Positions 56,037 to 64,000 of a stretch of 64,000 nucleotides of DNA are shown one piece after another. The translations under genes were made by a program, and so were the position numbers. The notes under the pieces are model-generated. The model saw only the letters and a list, made by a program, of their open reading frames with translations, did not search any database and was not told the origin of the DNA. Positions within the stretch are counted from its first letter, which is position 1. Every line of letters begins with the position of its first letter. Source of the DNA: Acidimicrobiales bacterium (GTDB taxonomy: Bacteria; Actinomycetota; Acidimicrobiia; Acidimicrobiales; Aldehydirespiratoraceae); the NCBI GenBank assembly GCA_965116485.1, contig OZ220692.1, forward strand, positions 3,392,011-3,456,010. Direction: 5' to 3'.

Positions 56037-56920
56037 TCGAACTGCTCCAGAACCTCATCGACGGACTCGGAAGAGGAAGCATCTACGCGCTGCTCGCCCT
56101 CGGCGTTGCGGTCGTGTTCGGGGTGATGCACCTGCTCAACTTCGCCCACGGCGAACTCATCACGATCAGCGGATACGCGGCCTACGCCGCTGGGCAACAG
56201 GGCTGGTCGTGGTACATAATCGCACCTCTGATCGTGGCCTGCGCGGTGGTCGCATCGTTGGTGATTGAGAGGGTCGCCTTCAGCCGGGTGCGTGGAGAGT
56301 CCGACTTCACGCTGCTGCTGACCTCCTTCGGTGTGCATTTCGTGGTGTCGGCGGCCTTCCTCCTGTACGTCTCCGCGTCCGTCAAGACCTATCCGCGTCC
56401 GGGATGGGTCACCAACACCTATGCGGTCGGGCCGCTCAACATCGAGGTGTTCGACACCGTCGTGATCGTGGTCACCATCGTCACCCTGATCGGGACAACG
56501 ATGCTGCTGCAGCGCACCATGTTCGGCCTGGCTCTGCGCGCGGCTTCCGCTGACTTCGATACAGCCCGACTCATGGGCGTGAAATCTGATTCGGTGATCC
56601 GCGGGGCGTTCGCCCTGTCCGGCCTGCTAGCGGGCATCGCAGGTGTGTTCTGGCTGATGCGCTCCGGCAGCACCACCCCCTCCGCCGGCATCGACCCGAT
56701 GCTCAAGGGTGTTCTGGCGGCCCTCATCGGCGGGCTCGGGAGTCTGCGCGGCGCGGTGCTGGGAGGCTTTGCGCTTGGGCTGGCCGAAGTGCTCCTGCGC
56801 AGCCGGTTGCCCGACTCGATAGCGAGCCTCACCGAAGGCGTGGTCTTCGTGTTGATCGCACTGCTGTTCATCTTCAGGCCGCAGGGTCTGATCACCGTCG
56901 CCCACGCGGAGCGCGTGTGA
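56033..56920 (+). CDS. ABC transporter permease (LivH-like)
   Basis: GSIYALLALG, LNFAHGE, IGGLGS..GA, RPQGL. Confidence 0.92.
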   Translation: MIELLQNLIDGLGRGSIYALLALGVAVVFGVMHLLNFAHGELITISGYAAYAAGQQGWSWYIIAPLIVACAVVASLVIERVAFSRVRGESDFTLLLTSFGVHFVVSAAFLLYVSASVKTYPRPGWVTNTYAVGPLNIEVFDTVVIVVTIVTLIGTTMLLQRTMFGLALRAASADFDTARLMGVKSDSVIRGAFALSGLLAGIAGVFWLMRSGSTTPSAGIDPMLKGVLAALIGGLGSLRGAVLGGFALGLAEVLLRSRLPDSIASLTEGVVFVLIALLFIFRPQGLITVAHAERV

Positions 56921-56982
56921 TGTCGAAGTGCCGTCCGTCCGAGCGTTGCGCAGCTCCCCGACGTCATGCGGAGCGTGTGTGA
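56920..56982 (+). other. Intergenic 20-codon mini-ORF coupled by TGATG at both ends, with duplicated junction (MIRU-like)
   Basis: cacgcggagcgcgtgtgatgt (56903-56923) recurs as catgcggagcgtgtgtgatgt (56965-56985). The mini-ORF MSKCRPSERCAAPRRHAERV ends like LivH. Confidence 0.65.
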
Positions 56983-58868
56983 TGTTCCCGAATCCCGGGC
57001 GAGATGTTGCCTTTCCGGTGATCGGTTCGGTGCTGCTCTTCGGCGCATTCGTGGGTGCTGGTCTGATCTATCAGAACTTGTTGGGCGGGGCCGCCGAGAG
57101 GCTCGTCACCGTGATGTTGATCGATGCCGTGATCGTGCTAGGAATCCAGATATACGTCGGCAACACCGGTGTGCTGTCCTTCGGGCACATCGGATTCGGT
57201 GCGATCGCCGGGTACACGTTCGCCGTCTTCGCAATCTCTCCTGCTGAGAAGGCCAAGCGGATCCCGGATGCACCATTCGGTCTCGTCGATGTCGACGTCA
57301 GCTCCACAACCGCGGTTCTGACAGCGGTGCTGCTGACCGTCGCGGTCGCTTTCATCGTCGGGGTGGGGCTCGCGCGTTCCGGTGCTCAATCCGGGGCGGT
57401 CTCGGCCACTGTCATCACGCTCGCTCTGCTCTTCGTCACCCACGAGGTCGCCCGCAACTGGCCCGAACTGACCGGAGGGGAAAGGGCGGGACTGTTCTTC
57501 CCGATCGGCGGGAAGCTCGATACGCGAGCGCCGATCTATGTCGCCCTGTTCGGCGCTCTGGTCGTCGCTCGCGTCTACGCCCAGAGTCGCAGCGGACGCC
57601 TCGCGGTGGCCGCCCGTGAAGACAATCTCGCTGCCCGTGCCATGGGGGTCAACCCGCTTGTTCAACAGATGGTCGCCCTGCTCATTTCGGTGGCGGTCGT
57701 CAGCGTCGGCGCTAGTTTGCGGGTCTACGAGGACGGTTCGCTGCTCCCCCAGAATTTCTTCTTCAACTACACGCTGCTCACGCTGGTGATGCTGATCGTG
57801 GGCGGCCGCAACAGCGTGACAGGCGCGCTGTTGGGAGTCGCAGTGATGACAGCGGGCCGTGAACTCGCCCGCCGACTCGGACAGGACGGATTCGAGATAT
57901 TCGGAATCGGACTTGACGGGGAGCCGCTCGACTGGGTGTTCCGCGAGAATCTGCAGACGGTCTTCCTGGGCGTCTCGATGTTGGGGTTCATGATCCTTCG
58001 ACCCTCCGGACTGCTCGGCGACTGGGAGTTCGACGAGTGGCTCCGATCACGTTTCCGACGCTTTCGAACCGGAGACAGAGACCGGGCGGGTGAAACCGAG
58101 AGCCGACCGGATCCGCTCCCTGAGCTTGAATCAATCGAGCCGTCGGTACTCGAAGCACACGGGATCGACGTCTCATTCGGTGGCTTCAAAGCCCTCAGCG
58201 AAGTCGGCCTGGTCGCTCGAAGCGGCGAGGTCATAGGCATCATCGGCCCGAACGGCGCCGGAAAGACGACCATGGTCAACGTTATCACGGGGCTGGTCGA
58301 ACCGTCGTCGGGGAAGTTCTCGCTCAACGGAGACGACGTCACCTCCACACCGACGTATCGACTCGCTCGGCTCGGCATCGTGCGGACGTTCCAGAACCTG
58401 CGACTCTTCGCGGCTCTCACGGTGCGCGAGAACGTGGAGGTGTCGGCATTGATCGCGGCGAGTCATCGGCAGGGACGAACACTGATCGACATCGACTCGG
58501 TGATAGCCGAGGCCGGCCTTTGGGACCACCGTGATCGGCGAGCCCGTGAACTCGACTACGGCAACTCGCGACGGCTGGAGTTGGCTCGCGCCGCGGCTCT
58601 CACCCCCTCGTTCCTGCTTCTCGACGAACCGACCAGCGGGATGAGCGATGTCGAGTCCACCGAGATGATCGAGCAGGTCCGCCACATGGCAGCAACAGTC
58701 GGCGCCGGGGTTCTGGTCATCGACCATGACCTGAATTTCATCACCGGCGTCTCGGACCGGATCTACGTATTCGACCACGGCGAAGTGATCGCACACGGCT
58801 CGGCGGAAGAGGTACAGGCAGATCCGCTGGTACGGGTCGCTTACCTCGGCACCGAGGGGACGGCCTGA
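56982..58868 (+). CDS. Fused ABC permease/ATP-binding protein (LivM-LivG-like)
   Basis: GVLSFGH, TGG..GL and RPSGL, followed by GPNGAGKT, RTFQ, LLDEP, HD, AYLG. Confidence 0.9.
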   Translation: MFPNPGRDVAFPVIGSVLLFGAFVGAGLIYQNLLGGAAERLVTVMLIDAVIVLGIQIYVGNTGVLSFGHIGFGAIAGYTFAVFAISPAEKAKRIPDAPFGLVDVDVSSTTAVLTAVLLTVAVAFIVGVGLARSGAQSGAVSATVITLALLFVTHEVARNWPELTGGERAGLFFPIGGKLDTRAPIYVALFGALVVARVYAQSRSGRLAVAAREDNLAARAMGVNPLVQQMVALLISVAVVSVGASLRVYEDGSLLPQNFFFNYTLLTLVMLIVGGRNSVTGALLGVAVMTAGRELARRLGQDGFEIFGIGLDGEPLDWVFRENLQTVFLGVSMLGFMILRPSGLLGDWEFDEWLRSRFRRFRTGDRDRAGETESRPDPLPELESIEPSVLEAHGIDVSFGGFKALSEVGLVARSGEVIGIIGPNGAGKTTMVNVITGLVEPSSGKFSLNGDDVTSTPTYRLARLGIVRTFQNLRLFAALTVRENVEVSALIAASHRQGRTLIDIDSVIAEAGLWDHRDRRARELDYGNSRRLELARAAALTPSFLLLDEPTSGMSDVESTEMIEQVRHMAATVGAGVLVIDHDLNFITGVSDRIYVFDHGEVIAHGSAEEVQADPLVRVAYLGTEGTA

Positions 58869-58898
58869 TATGGCCGGCACCGCTTCGAGGCAGGCACG

Positions 58899-59588
58899 AT
58901 GACCGAGGACAACCCCTATATCCGGATAGAACCGCAGTCGCGGCGCCGTGGTGGACTCGCCGACGAGGTCGCCAGCTACGTCCGCGACCTGATCCTCACC
59001 GGTGCGTTGAAACCGGGAGCGAAGATCGATCAGGACGCCATCGCCGGTGCGCTCGACGTGAGCCGCAGCCCGATCCGTGAAGCGCTCATCGTGCTCGGCC
59101 AGGAAGGGCTTCTCGATGTGGCGCCGAGGCGCGGATTCTTCGTCGCTCACTTGACTCCCGACGACATCATCGATCACTACGAACTGTACGGGGTGGTCTC
59201 GGGCCGGGCCGCGGCGATGGCCGCCGACACGCTCAAAGAGGAGCAGATCGCTGAGCTCGAAGCGATACAGGAGCGCTTCGTTGCAGATTCGGACGAGAAT
59301 CTCTCAGCGCTCAACGAGGAGTTCCATCGAATCGTCAACGCCGCCGCGCCGCGCCGAACCCGCTGGCTGTTGCGCTTGCTGGTTCGATCGGTTCCGGCCA
59401 ACTACTACGAGTTCGCCGACGGTTGGGACGAGAAGGCCGTCGAACATCACCGCAGGATCCTCAACGCGATAGTCGAACGTGACGCCGAGGGCGCCCGACA
59501 AGCGATGGAGACCCACCTGCACGAGAGCGGTGTCGCCGCCACCGAAGCGCTGCGGAGGCAAGGATTCTGGAGCGACGAGGAAGAGTGA
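58899..59588 (+). CDS. GntR family regulator (FCD domain)
   Basis: ILTGALKPG, VSRSPIREAL, NEEFH, HHRRIL.AI..RD, M..HL. Confidence 0.92.
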   Translation: MTEDNPYIRIEPQSRRRGGLADEVASYVRDLILTGALKPGAKIDQDAIAGALDVSRSPIREALIVLGQEGLLDVAPRRGFFVAHLTPDDIIDHYELYGVVSGRAAAMAADTLKEEQIAELEAIQERFVADSDENLSALNEEFHRIVNAAAPRRTRWLLRLLVRSVPANYYEFADGWDEKAVEHHRRILNAIVERDAEGARQAMETHLHESGVAATEALRRQGFWSDEEE

Positions 59589-59595
59589 ACTGACC

Positions 59596-60828
59596 ATGAC
59601 CGCCACGGACACGACCACCGCCGCCACCGCCGCCACCGCCGCCAACACCGCTGCAGAAAACGGCGCCCAAGTCCCCGAGGACTTCGAGATGATTCGCACG
59701 GAGGTGCGGCGGCTCTGCGACAAATACGGCAACGAATACTGGCGCGGGCTCGAACCCGACCGCTACCCCGAGGAGTTCGTCTCAGAACTCACCACCCAGG
59801 GGTGGCTGGGCTCGCTGATCCCGGAACAGTACGGGGGTGGCGGTCTCAGCATGGCCGGAGCATCGGTCATCCTTGAGGAGATCTCCGCCAGCGGCGGGAA
59901 TCCGGCGGTCTGCCACGCCCAGATGTACGTGATGGGCACGCTGCTGCGCCATGGTTCTGAGGAACAGAAGCAGCACTACCTTCCACAGATCGCTGACGGC
60001 CGAAAGCGCCTTCAGGCCTTCGGCGTCACCGAACCGGCCGCAGGTTCAGAGACGTCGGCCATTCGAACCCGGGCAGAACGCCGCGGCGACGGCTGGCTGA
60101 TCAACGGTCAGAAGATCTGGACGTCCCGTGCGCTTCACTCGGATCTGATGATCCTCCTTGCCCGCACCACTCCAACCGAGTCGGCGGAGGGCCGGCTTGA
60201 CGGCCTGTCGGTGTTCATCTTCGAATTGAGGGACGGCAACGGCGAACTCATCGACGGACTCACGATCAACCCCATACCGACCTGGATGAACCACAACACC
60301 ACCGAGGTGTTCTTCGACGACGTGGTGATTCCTGCGAACGCCCTGGTGGGTGCCGAGGGCAACGGCTTTCGACACATCCTCACCGGGATGAACGCTGAAC
60401 GGATCCTGATAGCGGCCGAGTGCATCGGTGACGGTCGCTTCTTCTTGGAGCGCGCCAGCGCCTATGCCTGCGAGCGAGAGGTCTTCGGTCGCCCCATCGG
60501 CATGAACCAGGGTGTGCAGTTCCCTCTCGCCAAGGCCTACACGAACCTCGCAGCCGCCGACCTGATGCGCTGGAAGGCGGCCAACCTGTTCGACGCTCAA
60601 CTGCCTTGCGGAGTCGAGGCCAACATGGCCAAGATGCTCGCTTCCGAGGCTTCGTGGGAAGCCGGCAACGCGGCTCTCAACACTCATGGCGGGTTCGGGT
60701 TCGCCGTCGAATACGACATCGAGCGCAAACTCCGCGAAACCCGGCTCTATCAGGTGGCCCCCGTCAACAACAATCTCGTACTCGCCTTCGTTGCACAGAA
60801 GTGCCTCGGCCTCCCCAAGAGTTACTGA
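59596..60828 (+). CDS. Acyl-CoA dehydrogenase
   Basis: IPEQYGG, GVTEP.AGS, NGQKIW, ERILIA, REVFGRPI..NQ, HGGFG. Confidence 0.93.
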   Translation: MTATDTTTAATAATAANTAAENGAQVPEDFEMIRTEVRRLCDKYGNEYWRGLEPDRYPEEFVSELTTQGWLGSLIPEQYGGGGLSMAGASVILEEISASGGNPAVCHAQMYVMGTLLRHGSEEQKQHYLPQIADGRKRLQAFGVTEPAAGSETSAIRTRAERRGDGWLINGQKIWTSRALHSDLMILLARTTPTESAEGRLDGLSVFIFELRDGNGELIDGLTINPIPTWMNHNTTEVFFDDVVIPANALVGAEGNGFRHILTGMNAERILIAAECIGDGRFFLERASAYACEREVFGRPIGMNQGVQFPLAKAYTNLAAADLMRWKAANLFDAQLPCGVEANMAKMLASEASWEAGNAALNTHGGFGFAVEYDIERKLRETRLYQVAPVNNNLVLAFVAQKCLGLPKSY

Positions 60829-61895
60829 TGCGCGCCGTAGTTCTACCCGCGCCGGGCCAGTCCCTGGAAGTGGATGAACTCCACCCTGAGCCCGGCGCGG
60901 GCAAAGAAGGCGGTGAAATCATTGAGGTCACGGCCTGCGGTGTGTGCCACTCAGATCTTCATGTGGTCGACGGGGACTTCGCTGGCAGCTACCCGATCGT
61001 TTTGGGGCACGAGGTCACCGGACAGCACCCAGAACTCGGCGCCGTCATGGTCTACGCGCCCTGGGGATGCGGCGACTGCGTCGAGTGCGACGCGAACCTG
61101 GAGATGATCTGCGGCAACAGCACCGAAGCCGGTCTGTTGGTCGACGGTGGCTACTGCGAGCGAATGTGGGTGAAACACCGTCGTTATCTGGCTCCGCTCG
61201 ATGATCTGGATCCGGTGTCCTCCGCGCCTCTGGCCTGCGGTGGATTGACCGCATACCGGGCGGTCAACCACGGGCTGGAAATCCTGGCCGAGCGCGGGCC
61301 GGCTGCTCGCGCTCTGGTGATCGGGGCAGGCGGGTTGGGCCAGTTCGCCATCCGCTACTTGCGTCTGCTCAGCGATGCTCATGTGACCGCTCTGGACTCC
61401 TCGGCCGACAAGCGTGCAACTGCTCTCGAGACAGGCGCCCACGCGGCTGTTTCGCCCGATGCTCCGCCGTCTGATGACAGCCTCTCACCGGTCGACGTCG
61501 TGATCGACTTCGTCGGTGCGCAAGCCACTGTCGCCACTGCCGCTTCGGTCGTAGCCAAGCGTGGCATGGTCGTGGTCGTCGGACTCCGGGGTGGGCGCAT
61601 TCCGTTCGGTTTCGGCGCGGTGCCTCACGAAGCCCGCTTCTTGACGAGTGTCTGGGGCAGCCGCAGCCAGCTCGACGAGCTCTTGGACCTCGCCCGTCGC
61701 GAACCGTCGATCATTCAACCGGTCGAGACCCTGCCGCTGGCCGACGCGCAACGAGCCCATGACAGACTCCGAGCCGGGGAGGCTCGCGGCCGTATCGTCC
61801 TAGTCGCCGACCCGACCGAGTTGCCGACCCGACCGGGTCGCCGGCCCGATCAAGAATCCAGTCAACATCCAACCAGTGAAAGGAAATTCACATGA
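60828..61895 (+). CDS. Zinc-dependent alcohol dehydrogenase
   Basis: CGVCHSDLH, LGHE, CGDCVEC...C, GAGGLG. Confidence 0.92.
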   Translation: MRAVVLPAPGQSLEVDELHPEPGAGKEGGEIIEVTACGVCHSDLHVVDGDFAGSYPIVLGHEVTGQHPELGAVMVYAPWGCGDCVECDANLEMICGNSTEAGLLVDGGYCERMWVKHRRYLAPLDDLDPVSSAPLACGGLTAYRAVNHGLEILAERGPAARALVIGAGGLGQFAIRYLRLLSDAHVTALDSSADKRATALETGAHAAVSPDAPPSDDSLSPVDVVIDFVGAQATVATAASVVAKRGMVVVVGLRGGRIPFGFGAVPHEARFLTSVWGSRSQLDELLDLARREPSIIQPVETLPLADAQRAHDRLRAGEARGRIVLVADPTELPTRPGRRPDQESSQHPTSERKFT

Positions 61896-63226
61896 TCAGC
61901 GAACTCCGAAAGAGAGCCGCCGAGCACAACATCCACACAGTCGAGGTAGGCGCTCCCGACACCCAGGGTCGACTCCGCGGCAAGCGCGTGCCCGTAGACC
62001 GCTTCTTCGCGAGCGTCGCCGAGAGCGGCGTGAACATTGCCGACGCCATGTTCGTCTTCGACATGCAGGACGACCTGCCCGACAACGAGTTCATCAACAT
62101 GGACACCGGCTACCTCGACTGTCGCTTGGTACCCGATCTTCAGACCATGCGCATCTTGACGCATCGCCCCGGTTACGCGCTCGTCTTCACAGACGCGTTC
62201 GATCCCAACAACGAACCACACCCGCTGGCACCCCGGTCAGTTCTGGCGAAGCAGATCGAACGCTGCCAGAAACAAGGCCTCGACCCCCTTGTGGCGACGG
62301 AGATGGAGTTCTATATCTGCACTCCGGACTGGGAACCGGTGCAGAACCACATCCAATACAGCTCGCTGACTGATGCACTCGAATTGGAAGACGTGCTGCG
62401 TGACATGCGCGATGCCATCGCCGGCGCGGGTATCGAGGTGGAGTCGTCCAACTCGGAGTACGGACCCGGCCAGATAGAACTGAACACCGGTCCCGCTGAT
62501 GCGATGACCGCGGCCGACAACACCGTGCTGTACAAGAGCATCATCAAACAGGTGGCGGTGCAGCACGGTTTGCGGGCAACCTTCATGCCGAAACCCTGGA
62601 GCGAGGCCTCAGGTTCGGGGATGCACGTGCATACCAGCCTCAACGTCGACGGAGCCAACGCCTTTGCGGACTCCGATGAAGAACCGAACGAGCTGATGTC
62701 CAAATGGCTCGCCGGCCTGTTGGAACACACTTTGCCGCTCACCCTGCTCGGTGCGCCCACATCCAACGGCGCCAAGCGGATCCGGCCCTACACGTTCGCT
62801 CCCACACACGTTCACTGGGGACTGGACAACCGCACGGTTCTGGCCCGTTGCATCACCGAATCGGGATCATCGGCAAACCGCGTGGAGTTCCGTCCTGCGG
62901 GCGCAGACGCCAACCCCTACCTGATAATCGCCGGCGTCCTGGCTGCGGGCGCCGACGGCGTGGAGCGCGGTCTGGTACCCCCCGCCATGAGTCAGGGCGA
63001 CATGTACACCAATCCCGGGGATTGCGCGCCGCTGCCCACGGACCTCTCCGGGGCCATCGCCGCGTACGAGTCGAGCGCTCTGGCACAGCAGCTCGGCGAC
63101 ATGTTCTCGCGCAGTTACGTGAGCATCGCTGCTGCCGAAGTGGCGCTCGCGGTCGAGAACTCCGAATCCGATGACCCCGACCATGTCAGTCAATGGGAGC
63201 GGGACCGCTTCATCGAGCACTGCTGA
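61892..63226 (+). CDS. Glutamine synthetase-like gamma-glutamyl ligase (PuuA-like)
   Basis: DTQGRLRGK, EMEF, EYGPGQ.E, ATFMPKP, GSGMHVH, WGLDNR, RVEFR.AGADANPYL. Confidence 0.88.
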   Translation: MISELRKRAAEHNIHTVEVGAPDTQGRLRGKRVPVDRFFASVAESGVNIADAMFVFDMQDDLPDNEFINMDTGYLDCRLVPDLQTMRILTHRPGYALVFTDAFDPNNEPHPLAPRSVLAKQIERCQKQGLDPLVATEMEFYICTPDWEPVQNHIQYSSLTDALELEDVLRDMRDAIAGAGIEVESSNSEYGPGQIELNTGPADAMTAADNTVLYKSIIKQVAVQHGLRATFMPKPWSEASGSGMHVHTSLNVDGANAFADSDEEPNELMSKWLAGLLEHTLPLTLLGAPTSNGAKRIRPYTFAPTHVHWGLDNRTVLARCITESGSSANRVEFRPAGADANPYLIIAGVLAAGADGVERGLVPPAMSQGDMYTNPGDCAPLPTDLSGAIAAYESSALAQQLGDMFSRSYVSIAAAEVALAVENSESDDPDHVSQWERDRFIEHC

Positions 63227-63232
63227 ACCCCG

Positions 63233-64000
63233 ATGATCGCCGCCGAATCCTCCGCCACCAGCACCGCAGGCTCCGCTGCAGACGGTGCGGGTGCCGATGT
63301 CACCACCCCGTCGCTGTATCTCAACGGAGCACCGCACGAGCGCTTTGCCGAGATGCGGGAGCGTCCGGGTCTCACCTGGCATCCCTACGAATCTTCTGGA
63401 TTCTGGGCAGTGACCCGCCACGCCGACGTCAAAGAGGCTTCCAAGCGGGTCAAGGACTTCTCCTCGGGGCTGGGCCACACCAATCTCTGGGACCTTGAGC
63501 CCGATGCTCTGGAAGCTCGCCGTTCCATCATCGACACCGACCCTCCGGACCACACGAGACTGCGCCGCCTGGTGAGCAAGGCGTTCACCCCACGCAACAT
63601 CCGCCAGTGGGAGGGCCTCACCCGTGAGATCACCGAGGAGTTGCTCGACGACTACCTGGAGTCGGGGGGAGGCGACTGGGTGGAGATGGTCGCCGCTCCC
63701 CTGCCGATCAGGGTGATCCTGGCAATCCTTGGCGTGCCCGGCAAAGATGCCGATTTCCTGGTTGAACTCTCGAACCACCTGGTGGAGGAAACCGGCGAGG
63801 GCCCTTCCCTGCCGCCCGATGCCTACGGCAACACTACCGATCTGCGGCTTCTGCCCTTCGGCAGTCCGGCGAGCCACGCGCTGTATGAATACGGCGAGAA
63901 ACTGGGCGCGAAACGTCGTGACGATCCCCGTGACGACATGGTCACGATGCTGATACAAGCCTCCGAAGACGGCGACCGCCTGTCTCACGACGAGTACCGC
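63233..64000 (+). CDS. Cytochrome P450 (3' end runs off the window)
   Basis: Manual translation from ATG 63233: ...NGAPHERFAEMR...GFWAVTRHADV...DTDPPDHTRLRRLVSKAFTPR...APLPIRVILAILGVP. Confidence 0.9.
   Translation, partial: MIAAESSATSTAGSAADGAGADVTTPSLYLNGAPHERFAEMRERPGLTWHPYESSGFWAVTRHADVKEASKRVKDFSSGLGHTNLWDLEPDALEARRSIIDTDPPDHTRLRRLVSKAFTPRNIRQWEGLTREITEELLDDYLESGGGDWVEMVAAPLPIRVILAILGVPGKDADFLVELSNHLVEETGEGPSLPPDAYGNTTDLRLLPFGSPASHALYEYGEKLGAKRRDDPRDDMVTMLIQASEDGDRLSHDEYR

Noticed and set aside
61892-63226. Calling this gene glnA
   Set aside because: Its sequence style and PuuD/GATase/P450 context fit a gamma-glutamyl-amine ligase better than housekeeping glutamine synthetase.

Overview
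High-GC actinobacterial chromosomal segment, probably Acidimicrobiia. That placement is inferred from AACG lipoboxes with Thr/Asp-rich linkers, many leaderless TAnnnT-N6-7-start promoters and an actinobacterial LexA box. Most genes are catabolic or housekeeping: GH13, haloalkane dehalogenase, GH3, acyl-CoA ligases, dinB, TauD-MFS-LysR divergent from soxBDAG, glcB, ogt, a glpD/FAD-oxidase/FGGY operon and class I Fba. From 48007 to the right edge lies a roughly 16-kb amine-catabolic cluster with two P450s, a GS-like ligase, two glutamyl hydrolases, a LigB-type dioxygenase, an ABC transporter and GntR. The accessory DNA has four main parts. (1) An ISL3 composite transposon (16546-20054) is bounded by an 8-bp target duplication and carries an orphan membrane-anchored protein with an acidic 34-aa repeat stalk and a Cys-rich head; it is inserted at the stop codon of a single-chain restriction-modification gene. 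(2) A RelE/HigB-type TA pair sits on an apparent vapBC scar fused to glcB. (3) An AAA_14-DUF4143 gene is preceded by 23-bp tandem repeats. (4) An orphan protein carries EF-hand-like repeats. Two operon junctions hold MIRU-like mini-ORFs coupled at both ends, and several gene relics are present. No rRNA, tRNA or CRISPR array was seen. All calls come from motif recognition; no database searches were run.
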